Assembly: GCA_937901895.1 (NCBI GenBank)
Contig: CALGTD010000138.1
Location: forward strand, 39,688-103,687
From: an uncultured Spartobacteria bacterium
GTDB taxonomy: Bacteria > Verrucomicrobiota > Verrucomicrobiia > Chthoniobacterales > JAATET01
DNA: 64,000 nt
Reading direction: 5' to 3'
In this document: positions 1 through 11,343 of the stretch, piece by piece
How the letters are laid out: the number at the start of each line of letters is the position of its first letter
How positions within the stretch are numbered: position 1 is the first letter of the stretch
Made by a program: the position numbers and the translations under genes
The notes under the pieces: model-generated
The model's database searches: none
What the model saw: only the letters and a program-made list of their open reading frames with translations
Told to the model about the DNA's origin: nothing

Positions 1-993
1 GATTTCCGGCAGCACTTCGAGCGCGCGATCGAGATCGAGCACCTCGGTCTGGTGGTTCGTCCCGAGCAGACCTGCGACCTTGTTCGCCCACGAGAGTTCG
101 TCGAATGAGGCCTCGGTGAATCCGATGCTGAACGTCCGCAGTGAGCCGGCGTCGACATGTCGCGTCGCCAGCGCGGTGACGAGCGAGGAGTCAATGCCGC
201 CGCTGAGGAAGACGCCGAGCGGAACATCCGACATGAGCCGCCGCTTCACCGCGGCGTCGAGCAGGGACAACAGCTCGTCGGCGAGCGCATCGTCGGATTT
301 CTCCGGCTCCGCCGGCTCGAGCACGAAGTCCCAGTATTTCGAGATGTGAGGCGTTTGCTGGCGGAGGTCGAAGACGAGGTTGTGGCCGGCGGGGAGTTTC
401 CAGACACGGTCGAGGATCGAACGCGGCGCGGGGATGAGCGCGTAGGCGAAGAATTTCTTCAGCGCGAGCGGCGATACCGAGCGGGGGCAGGCAGGATGTG
501 CGACGAGCGCGGTGAGTTCCGATCCGAACGCAAAGGTTCCCTGCTCGTGAAACCAATACAGCGGCTTCTTGCCGAAGCGGTCGCGGCTGAGAAACAGCCT
601 TCCGCGACCGAGGTCGCAGATCGCGAACGCCCACATTCCGTCGAGGCGATTTACGAAATCATCGCCCCACTCGCGGTAGGCGTGCAGCAGAACTTCCGTG
701 TCGGAGTGGTCCGTTTGAAAGATGCAGCCGAGCGCCTTCAACTCCTCGCGCAATTCGGCGTGGTTGTAGATCTCGCCGTTGAAGACGACGCCGATCTGCG
801 CGTCGGCCGTCCACATCGGCTGGCCGCCACCGGCGAGATCGACGATGGACAGGCGCCGGTGACCGAGATGGATGCCGCGTTCCGCGTCGATCCAGAAATC
901 CTCGGCATCCGGGCCGCGGTGCGCGATCGCGCGCGTCATTCGCTGCAGGTCGTCGCGCTCTCCGCGACCGACGAAGCCGGCTATCCCGCACAT
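1..993 (-). CDS. asnB: Asparagine synthase (glutamine-hydrolysing), N-terminal ~331 aa; the C-terminus lies beyond the left window edge
   Basis: Absent from the ORF track because the frame is open at the window edge. Reverse-complement translation from the ATG at 993 reads MCGIAGFVGRGERDDLQRMTRAIAHRGPDAEDFWIDAERGIHLGHRRLSIVDLAGGGQPM..., which is the Ntn Cys2 glutaminase start. The PP-loop motif ...LGVFLSGGIDSSLV is encoded around 185-215. Confidence 0.9.
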   Translation of the reverse strand, partial: MCGIAGFVGRGERDDLQRMTRAIAHRGPDAEDFWIDAERGIHLGHRRLSIVDLAGGGQPMWTADAQIGVVFNGEIYNHAELREELKALGCIFQTDHSDTEVLLHAYREWGDDFVNRLDGMWAFAICDLGRGRLFLSRDRFGKKPLYWFHEQGTFAFGSELTALVAHPACPRSVSPLALKKFFAYALIPAPRSILDRVWKLPAGHNLVFDLRQQTPHISKYWDFVLEPAEPEKSDDALADELLSLLDAAVKRRLMSDVPLGVFLSGGIDSSLVTALATRHVDAGSLRTFSIGFTEASFDELSWANKVAGLLGTNHQTEVLDLDRALEVLPEI

Positions 994-1071
994 GGTAACG
1001 AGGGATGAGCGTCGGAGCCGGAGAACTGGAAGGGGCTGGAAATCATCACGGCCTTCCCGTCTCCCGCGCTC

Positions 1072-2016
1072 TCAAACATCCACATTCCGGGTCTCGCGCA
1101 CGAGGTAGATCCGCTTGCCCTGCGATTCGTAGAACGTGCGGGTGATCATTTCCGCGAGCAGGCCCATGAGAATGCAAATGATGCCGGTCATCATGGTGAA
1201 GACGGTCATGAGCGGCAGCGGAGTCGTGATGAACGGCTTCCCGGCAAAAATATTGAGTCCCACCGCCCACAGGCCAAAGCCGGCGGAAATTGCGAGCATG
1301 ATGAAGCCGACGAGGCCGAAGACATACATCGGCTTTTGCGCGTGCCGGTCGAGAAACTTCACGACCATCAGGTCCAGCAGCACCTTCATCACGCGCTCGA
1401 GCCCGTATTTCGATTTGCCCGCGCGGCGCGCGAAGTGATTCACGACGACCTCGGTGATCTTCGCGCCGTGCCAGCTCGTGTAGACGGGCAGGAACCGGTG
1501 CATCTCGCCGTAGAGGCGCACGTCCGCGATCACGTCGCGGCGGTAGGCCTTCAGCGAACATCCGAAGTCCTGCAGCCGCACGCCGGAGACGAACGAGATG
1601 AGCTTGTTCGCCATGATGCTGGGAATGTTTCGCTGGATGGCATTGTCCTGCCGGTCGCGGCGCCAGCCGGAGACGACGTCGTAACCTTCGTCAAGCTTCG
1701 CGAGGAGCTTTGGAATGTCCTCGGGGTCGTTCTGATAGTCGCCATCCATTGGAATGACGATGTCGCCGCGCGCGTGGTCAAAGCCTGCCATCATCGCGGC
1801 GGTCTGCCCGAAGTTGCGGCGGAAGTGCAGCACCTTGACCTCGGGTGTTTCGGCGGCGATCTCGTCCAGCACCTGCTCGCTGCCATCGTGGGAGCCGTCG
1901 TTGATGAACAGGATCTCCCATGGCTGGCCGATCTCGCGCATCACTTTTGCAGTGGCCTCATAGAGCGGCCGCACGGTTTCGCGCTCGTTGTAGATCGGAA
2001 TGATGACGGACAGCAT
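1072..2016 (-). CDS. Family 2 glycosyltransferase, ArnC/DPM1-like polyprenyl-phosphate glycosyltransferase (314 aa)
   Basis: ORF 1072..2487 trimmed to the internal ATG at 2016 (MLSVIIPIYNERETV...). The 157 upstream codons are Arg-rich junk. GT-A motifs are present (IIPIYNE, FINDGSHDGS, PMDGDYQNDP), followed by two C-terminal TM helices. Confidence 0.85.
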   Translation of the reverse strand: MLSVIIPIYNERETVRPLYEATAKVMREIGQPWEILFINDGSHDGSEQVLDEIAAETPEVKVLHFRRNFGQTAAMMAGFDHARGDIVIPMDGDYQNDPEDIPKLLAKLDEGYDVVSGWRRDRQDNAIQRNIPSIMANKLISFVSGVRLQDFGCSLKAYRRDVIADVRLYGEMHRFLPVYTSWHGAKITEVVVNHFARRAGKSKYGLERVMKVLLDLMVVKFLDRHAQKPMYVFGLVGFIMLAISAGFGLWAVGLNIFAGKPFITTPLPLMTVFTMMTGIICILMGLLAEMITRTFYESQGKRIYLVRETRNVDV

Positions 2017-2794
2017 TGGGCGGGTGTCTGAATAAACCGTCGCGCGCTTCCATGAGAAGGAGGAAATCCGGCGGTTCATTTGGCTGGGGCGAGGTTGGCC
2101 TCGCGAATGCCTGCACGTTTTGCATGACATCCGGGTGTGCATTGCCAGAATGGTCATCGTCTCCAATGACCACGCTGCTTTGCTCCGCCGGACTTTTTGT
2201 CTGCTCGCTGTTTGTCGGCGACGTGGACGCGCGGCGTTCGTCGACGGACTTGGGGATCGATGCCGTCGGCGGTCCCGGCACAGCCTTCGTGGAGGCTGTG
2301 GAGAATTCCTCCGTCGTTCCGAATTCCACCAACTCCGCGGCGCTTCCGTATTGCGCCACGTCTTCGACGGGCCCCACGCATCCGCCGGAATTACTGGCTG
2401 TCTCCAGCTGCGCAGGCATTGCGCCGCGGCGTGGGCTGGGAGGGCTCTTTGTGAGAGGGCCGCCATCCGCCGGCCGCGTGATCGCAATCTGATCGCGCCA
2501 CGGACCGCCCTGCGGCCGAAAGTATTGGGCCAGGTCGGAGTGGATCAGGGGTTGCATCCCGTGAAGGGATTCGATAGTTCGTCGGACTCCCATTCCCCCC
2601 GATGAAAACGCCTCCGGACAACGACTTTGTGAAAACTTTCACAAATAGTCTTGTCATCGGTCATGGCTCGGCTATCCATTTCGCCGACGCGCGCTCCCTC
2701 GTTTTGCGTCGCCACCGGTTTCCTGCGGCCATCGGGCCATGCGGGGCCGGTTGCGTTTTCCATCGAAGGGGAGACGTCACCCGATTTTTGTTCA

Positions 2795-3670
2795 ATGAAA
2801 TTTGACGCACTTCTGGCCGCGGCGATCCCGCTGAATGCGCAGTCCGTCTTCGAGGAGTTTTACGGAGAAACCTACCTCGAATGGCTGACCAACTCGCTGC
2901 TCGTCGCCACGATCGTGGTGGGCATCATTCTCGGCTTCGCCCGCGCCGCGACCCGCCACCTCGAGCTGGTTCCTCACGGCACGCAGAATCTCTTCGAGGC
3001 GCTCTTCCACGGCATCTACGAGATGATGGAAGGCATCGTCGGCAAGCACATGATCGCCCGCACGTTCGGGCTGCTCGCCTCGCTCTTCATCTACATTCTC
3101 GTTTCGAACTGGTTCGGTCTGCTCCCGGGCGTCGGCTCGATCGGCTGGGGGCAGGAGCGTCCCGGCGCGTTTCTTTCCTACGAGCACGTCGAGTTTCCGT
3201 TGCTGCGTCCGGCGACCGCTGATTTGAACACCACGCTCGGCATGGCCACCGTGTTCATGCTGCTGTGGGTTTACTGGACGATCAGCGAGATGGGGGTCGG
3301 TGGCACCATCAAGCACATCTTCGGAGTCAAGGGTGGCTTAAAGGGCTTCATGGCCATTGCGCTCGCGCCGATCTTCTTCTTCGTCGGAATCATCGAAGTC
3401 ATCTCGATCGCCTTTCGTCCGGTGTCGCTCTCGCTGCGACTTTTCGGAAACGTTTTCGCGGGTGAGAACCTGCTCTCGACAATGATCACGCTCGGCAATG
3501 ATCTCGGCCTGCCCAAGTGGGTGGCCTATCTCTCCAGCGTCGTCGTTCCCATTCCCTTTTATTTCCTCGAGCTGCTTGTCGGCCTCCTGCAGGCGCTGGT
3601 CTTCGTGCTCCTGTGCGCGGTCTACATCCAGCTCTCGACCACCCACGACGAAGAGGAAGCCCATCACTGA
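2795..3670 (+). CDS. atpB: F0F1 ATP synthase subunit a
   Basis: Trimmed to the ATG at 2795 (MKFDALL...). Polytopic membrane protein with the subunit-a signature RPVSLSLRLFGNVFAGE. It is the first gene of an atpBEFHAGDC array. Confidence 0.93.
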   Translation: MKFDALLAAAIPLNAQSVFEEFYGETYLEWLTNSLLVATIVVGIILGFARAATRHLELVPHGTQNLFEALFHGIYEMMEGIVGKHMIARTFGLLASLFIYILVSNWFGLLPGVGSIGWGQERPGAFLSYEHVEFPLLRPATADLNTTLGMATVFMLLWVYWTISEMGVGGTIKHIFGVKGGLKGFMAIALAPIFFFVGIIEVISIAFRPVSLSLRLFGNVFAGENLLSTMITLGNDLGLPKWVAYLSSVVVPIPFYFLELLVGLLQALVFVLLCAVYIQLSTTHDEEEAHH

Positions 3671-3748
3671 CGAACCCTTTCGCTGTCGGGACCGTGGGCA
3701 AACTGCGGGCGGCGGCGTGAAACACCCAACCGGAAAGAAAACAACAAC

Positions 3749-3988
3749 ATGTATCCCATTCTTGCAGCAGCAGTGGAAGCCGCTGGCGGCATCACGGGCA
3801 GCTTCACGCTCGGTATTGCCGGCGCCGGAGCCGCCATCGGCATCGGTCTCATTGGCGCGCGCGCCGTCGAGGCCGTCGGCCGCAACCCCGGGGCCTTCGG
3901 TCGCGTGCTGACGCTCGCGATCATCGGCATGGCGCTGGCCGAAGCTATCGCCATTTACGCACTCATCCGCGCTTTCGCAGGCGCCTGA
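3749..3988 (+). CDS. atpE: F0F1 ATP synthase subunit c
   Basis: 79 aa helical hairpin with a Gly-rich helix 1 (GAGAAIGIGLIGARAVEAVGRNP) and the carboxylate in helix 2 (MALAEAIAIYAL). Confidence 0.95.
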   Translation: MYPILAAAVEAAGGITGSFTLGIAGAGAAIGIGLIGARAVEAVGRNPGAFGRVLTLAIIGMALAEAIAIYALIRAFAGA

Positions 3989-3999
3989 TCCCTGTCGCC

Positions 4000-4030
4000 G
4001 AGCCGCCCCGGCGACGAACCGGGGCGGCTC
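4000..4030 (+). promoter_or_regulatory. Perfect 12-bp stem / 7-nt loop hairpin between atpE and atpF
   Basis: GAGCCGCCCCGG (4000-4011), cgacgaa, CCGGGGCGGCTC (4019-4030). The two arms are exact reverse complements. No U-tract follows, so it is more likely an mRNA stabiliser or attenuator than a full terminator. Confidence 0.5.
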
Positions 4031-4060
4031 CGGCAACCACCCTTCGCGGCTCGATTTTCC

Positions 4061-4570
4061 ATGGATGCCATCAACCAGCTTTTGTTCAATTTCGGAGTCT
4101 CCTGGCCGAAGTTTCTCGCCCAGGTCGTGCTCTTCCTGATCGTTTACGGAATCCTGAGCAAGTATGCCTTCGGTCCTCTCGTGAAGGTGCTTGAGGAGCG
4201 CCGCCGCCGCATCGAGGAAGGCCAGGCAAACGCAGAGAAGATCAAGCAGCAGCTCGCCGAGGCCGAGAAGAACTACGCCGAGATTCTCAAGAAGGCGAAC
4301 GCCGAGGCCGCCGCTCTCATCGAGGAGACGCGCAAGAGCGCCGAGGCTCTCAGCCAGCGTGAAGCGCAGAACGCCATCCGCCAGGCTGAGGACATCATCG
4401 CCAAGGCCCGCGCCGATATCGAGAACGAGCGCAACCGCATGGTCGACGAGGTGAAGAAGGAAATGGTCGGCCTCGTGGTGAACACCACCGCGAAGGTCAC
4501 CGGCAAGGTTCTCACTCCCGAAGACCAGAAGCGTCTCAACGAAGAGACCGCCGCACAGCTCGCCGTCTAG
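4061..4570 (+). CDS. atpF: F0F1 ATP synthase subunit b
   Basis: 169 aa with one N-terminal TM helix, then a long charged helix (EERRRRIEEGQANAEKIKQQLAEAEKNYAE...). Its position between atpE and atpH fits. Confidence 0.9.
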   Translation: MDAINQLLFNFGVSWPKFLAQVVLFLIVYGILSKYAFGPLVKVLEERRRRIEEGQANAEKIKQQLAEAEKNYAEILKKANAEAAALIEETRKSAEALSQREAQNAIRQAEDIIAKARADIENERNRMVDEVKKEMVGLVVNTTAKVTGKVLTPEDQKRLNEETAAQLAV

Positions 4571-4581
4571 CCGCCACCTCG

Positions 4582-4974
4582 ATGAAGATCAGCAAGGAAT
4601 CCCGCCGCTTCGCCCGAGAGCTGTTCAAGGTCAGCCTCACGGACGGTCGTCTCGATCCGAAGAAGGTCGCCGCGTATTCCGACCGGCTGATCGCCGAGAA
4701 GCCGCGCGGCTACGTCCAGATTCTAAAGGAATACGCGCGCCTCGTCCGTCTCGAACTCCAGCGCCGTCACGCAATCATCGAGAGCGCCGTTCCGCTGGAT
4801 CCCACCGAAAGCGCGCATCTCGAAAACGATCTTCGCAGCCGCTTCGGCTCCGACATCACCATTGAATTCAAAACGAATCCCGGCCTCCTTGGCGGCCTGC
4901 GCGTGCAGGTCGGCAGCGACGTGTGGGACGGCTCGGTGTTCAACCGGCTCCAGACTCTGAAACAGCAACTCTAA
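4582..4974 (+). CDS. atpH: F0F1 ATP synthase subunit delta (OSCP), unusually short (130 aa)
   Basis: C-terminal delta/OSCP signature [32 protein letters not shown] and N-terminal RRFARELFK. It lies between atpF and atpA, and the ATG sits 11 nt after the atpF stop. Confidence 0.85.
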   Translation: MKISKESRRFARELFKVSLTDGRLDPKKVAAYSDRLIAEKPRGYVQILKEYARLVRLELQRRHAIIESAVPLDPTESAHLENDLRSRFGSDITIEFKTNPGLLGGLRVQVGSDVWDGSVFNRLQTLKQQL

Positions 4975-4981
4975 TTCCGCC

Positions 4982-6517
<1,536 letters not shown>

Positions 6518-6563
6518 CCTGCGGGTGAATTCCGACGCTCAACCCTCAACGTTCAACTAGCCA

Positions 6564-7418
6564 GTGCCCAGCACACGCGACATCCGGCGGCGCATCAAGT
6601 CCGTCAAGAATACGGCGCAGATCACGAAGGCCATGCAGATGGTCGCCGCGTCCAAGATGCGCAAGGCGCAGACGACCGCGCTGGCCGGGCATCCCTATTC
6701 CCAGCTGCTGAACCGCGTGCTCGTCTCGCTGAGCGGCCGCGTCGATCACAGCCTCCATCCGCTCCTCGCCGAGCGCGAGGTGAAGCGTGAGCTTGTGCTC
6801 ATGATCAGCACGGACAAGGGTCTCTGCGGCGGTCTCAACACGAACCTGTTTCGCGAGGCGTCGAAGTTCGACGTCGCGACGACCGATTTCGTGAACGTGG
6901 GTCGCAAGGGCAAGCAGTTCCTTGCCCGCACGAAGCGCAATCTCATTGCCGACTTCGAGCTGCCCGACCAGCCGACCTTCCTCGAGGTGAAGCAAATCTC
7001 GAAGTTCTGCATCGAGAAGTTTCTTTCTGGCGAAGTCGACAAGGTCACGGTGCTCTATCCGCGCTTCGTGAACACGCTCACGCAGGCTCCCACCACGCTC
7101 ACGCTCCTGCCGATCGCCGCGCTGCCGGTCAACAACGACGTCAAGTCTCCCGATGAAGGCTCCTCCTTCATCTTCGAGCCCAGCGCCTACGACGTGCTCG
7201 ATGCGATTCTGCCGTATTACATCCACTTCGGCGTCTACCAGACGGTGCTCGACGCCCGTGCCTCCGAGCACAGCGCCCGGATGGTCGCCATGAAGAGCGC
7301 GACCGACAACGCGAAGACCCTCGTGAACGATCTCACGCTCGAATACAACAAGATCCGCCAGGCGAGCATCACCGCCGAACTTCTCGAAATCACCACCGCG
7401 CAAATGGCGCTGGGGTAA
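6564..7418 (+). CDS. atpG: F0F1 ATP synthase subunit gamma (GTG start)
   Basis: N-terminus PSTRDIRRRIKSVKNTAQITKAMQMVAASKMRKAQ and C-terminus ITAELLEITTAQMAL. The start codon at 6564 is gtg. Confidence 0.95.
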   Translation: MPSTRDIRRRIKSVKNTAQITKAMQMVAASKMRKAQTTALAGHPYSQLLNRVLVSLSGRVDHSLHPLLAEREVKRELVLMISTDKGLCGGLNTNLFREASKFDVATTDFVNVGRKGKQFLARTKRNLIADFELPDQPTFLEVKQISKFCIEKFLSGEVDKVTVLYPRFVNTLTQAPTTLTLLPIAALPVNNDVKSPDEGSSFIFEPSAYDVLDAILPYYIHFGVYQTVLDARASEHSARMVAMKSATDNAKTLVNDLTLEYNKIRQASITAELLEITTAQMALG

Positions 7419-7449
7419 ACCACCTTTAGACAGAATCGACAGAAATTGA

Positions 7450-8928
<1,479 letters not shown>

Positions 8929-9000
8929 TCTGGAGTCTTTGGATGAGAGTTGAGAGGCCCGTCCTCTCAACTCCCGGCTCCCAGCGATCAACGTTTCCCA

Positions 9001-9411
9001 ATGGCCACTCTCAAACTCGAAATCGTCACGCCCGAGGCGAAGACCTACTCCGACGACGTGGATTCCGTCGTGATTCCCGGCATCGAAGGCGAGATGCAGG
9101 TGCTTCCGCAGCACATTCCGCTCATGACGAAGCTCGCGCCCGGCGAACTCCGTGTAATGAAGAGCGGACAGGAGGTCCGGCTCGCCGTGGGCGAGGGATT
9201 TGTCGAGGTCACGCAGGAAAGCGTCTCCGTGCTCACCGACATGGCGATCAACGAGAACGAGATCGACGAGTCCGCCGCGGAGGCCGCAATGAAGCGTGCG
9301 GAAGAGGCGCTCAAGAACGAGCACGTCAGCGCCGAGCAGCATGCAGCGCTGCAGGCCGCTCTGCAGAAGTCCATGGCGCAGCTCAAGGTGAAGCGCCGTC
9401 GCGTCGTCTGA
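9001..9411 (+). CDS. atpC: F0F1 ATP synthase subunit epsilon
   Basis: ORF 8950..9411 trimmed to the ATG at 9001 (MATLKLEIVTPEAKTYSDDVDSVVIPGIEGEMQVLPQHIPLMT...). 136 aa, last gene of the operon. Confidence 0.92.
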   Translation: MATLKLEIVTPEAKTYSDDVDSVVIPGIEGEMQVLPQHIPLMTKLAPGELRVMKSGQEVRLAVGEGFVEVTQESVSVLTDMAINENEIDESAAEAAMKRAEEALKNEHVSAEQHAALQAALQKSMAQLKVKRRRVV

Positions 9412-9463
9412 CCCCGAACAACTAATCGGCAATTAGCCGGGAGTCCGCTATCATTGGGACTGA

Positions 9464-10129
9464 ATGTTCAAGCCCCATGCCATCATAGCGGAGTATCTGG
9501 CCGAGCTTCTCGCAGCCGGAGGATTTGTGCTTGGTCAGGTGCAGGTGATGCCCGGCCCCGTGCTCAGGCACGTGGACGACACGGGAGTCCTGGAGATCGC
9601 CACCCGTCCGGAGGACGCCAGGGAGATCGCCAAATACGACGGGGAGGGAAACTATCGTCCGCTGAAAACCGCGCCGAATCTCCGTCGTGGGTGGGAACTG
9701 CGTCTCGAATCCCTCGACGATCTTCGTAGAGCACTCGACTTTTTTTATCCCGCCGCGCTGGGAACGTGGTTTGCGTTTCGACGGAACGAACTGGTTCCCA
9801 TCCATCTCCGGGAGACGCTGGGCCGGCAGACCGGACGTTACCGCGTCACCAATCTCGTGACCGATGAACAGGCGGGGGAGGCCATCCGCAACCGCTGCAA
9901 TTCCCGGACCGGTTGTCTGCGGCGCCAGCTCTGGCGGATTTCTCCGGAGATTCAGAGTCCGTTCACGGAGGATCCCTCGGAGATCAAGTTCGACGGGTCG
10001 TTGCCCATTCTGTGCGTGGAGGCATGCAATCTCCTGGTCGCGGACATTCGTCCGATCGCGAAGCAGAATGTGCAGAACCCTTCGCGACGCGCGGACGGGG
10101 GCTCACTGGAACGCGAAGGGGTTTCGTGA
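9464..10129 (+). CDS. Conserved-looking hypothetical protein with a C-terminal four-Cys cluster (221 aa)
   Basis: Good coding statistics. The C-terminal region carries CNSRTGC (CX5C) and CVEAC (CX3C), a possible Fe-S or Zn site. Its stop overlaps the GTG start of the next gene (GTGA at 10126-10129). I cannot assign a family with confidence. Confidence 0.6.
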   Translation: MFKPHAIIAEYLAELLAAGGFVLGQVQVMPGPVLRHVDDTGVLEIATRPEDAREIAKYDGEGNYRPLKTAPNLRRGWELRLESLDDLRRALDFFYPAALGTWFAFRRNELVPIHLRETLGRQTGRYRVTNLVTDEQAGEAIRNRCNSRTGCLRRQLWRISPEIQSPFTEDPSEIKFDGSLPILCVEACNLLVADIRPIAKQNVQNPSRRADGGSLEREGVS

Positions 10130-11343
10130 CGATTCACCGCGCCCGCATTGTTTTGCCGCTGGCGTCGCCGGCCATTGAGGATGGAGCCGTCGCAGTCCGG
10201 GACAGTCGCATCGAGGCGGTGGGGCGTTTCGCAGACCTCCGCACGGCATTTTCCGGTGCGGACGTCGTTGATCACGGCGATGCGATTCTTCTCCCCGGGC
10301 TGATCAATGCGCACTGTCACCTCGATTTCACCGTGATGCGCGGTGCGATCCTTTCGACAGGCAGCTTCTCCGCGTGGGTCCGGCGGATCAACGAGGTCAA
10401 GCGCACCCTGAGCGATGACGACTACCTGAAATCCGTTTCCGACGGACTCGAGGAATTGCGAAAATGGGGAACGACCACCGTGCTGAACATCGAGTCGTTT
10501 CCCGAGCTCATGGTGCGCATGCCGCCGCCGATCGTGCGCACATGGTGGTTCTACGAGCTTCTCGATATCCGTTCGCGCATTCACACCGAGGATGTCGTGG
10601 CTGGGGCGCTGACGTTCTTCGAGCAGCATCCGACGTGGCATGGAGGGTTCGGACTCTCCCCACACGCGCCCTACACGACGTCCATCGAGCTGTATCAGCT
10701 CGCGCGTTTTTGCACGGAGAAATACGGCATGCCGTTCACCACGCATCTCGCGGAGTCCGACGAGGAGATGGAGATGTTCGCGCAGGGGTCTGGACCGCTC
10801 TTTGATTTCCTGAAATCCCTCGGTCGCGACATGCGCGACTGCGGCCGAAAGTCCCCGATCCGTCTTCTGCTGGAAGCCGAGGCGCTGCCCCGCGGGGCGA
10901 TTCTCGCCCACATGAACCAGCTCGCACCCGGCGATGAGGAAATGCTGGCGAACAAGTCGGGAATCTTCTCGATCGTGCACTGTCCGAACTGCCACGAGTA
11001 TTTCGGGCGCGCGCCGTTCCCGTTCGAGACCCATCGACGGCTTGGTTTTCGTGTGAGTCTCGGCACCGACAGCTGTGCGAGCAATCGCGGGCTGAACCTG
11101 TTCGATGAGATGCGAACCTTCCGGCGAAATTTTCCAGACGTTTCGCCCGCGGAGATTCTCGACATGGCGACGCGCAATCCGGGCGCGGCGATCGGTGGCG
11201 GCATTGGTGAACTGCGACCCGGATTCCGCGCGGATTTCATTGCAATTCCCTACGCGGGCTCGGTGAACGATGCGATCGAGGCGGTCGTGGACAGTCGCAC
11301 CCCGCCCATGGCCGTTTATCTCAACGGACGTCAGAGCGCGTAG
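10126..11343 (+). CDS. Metal-dependent amidohydrolase (nucleoside/aminofutalosine/chlorohydrolase-type deaminase family), 405 aa
   Basis: ORF 9913..11343 trimmed to the in-frame GTG at 10126 (VTIHRARIVLPL...). It has the HxH metal motif PGLINAHCHLDF, later THLAES and SLGTDS motifs, and the N-terminal beta-sandwich typical of the amidohydrolase_1 family. Confidence 0.8.
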   Translation: MTIHRARIVLPLASPAIEDGAVAVRDSRIEAVGRFADLRTAFSGADVVDHGDAILLPGLINAHCHLDFTVMRGAILSTGSFSAWVRRINEVKRTLSDDDYLKSVSDGLEELRKWGTTTVLNIESFPELMVRMPPPIVRTWWFYELLDIRSRIHTEDVVAGALTFFEQHPTWHGGFGLSPHAPYTTSIELYQLARFCTEKYGMPFTTHLAESDEEMEMFAQGSGPLFDFLKSLGRDMRDCGRKSPIRLLLEAEALPRGAILAHMNQLAPGDEEMLANKSGIFSIVHCPNCHEYFGRAPFPFETHRRLGFRVSLGTDSCASNRGLNLFDEMRTFRRNFPDVSPAEILDMATRNPGAAIGGGIGELRPGFRADFIAIPYAGSVNDAIEAVVDSRTPPMAVYLNGRQSA

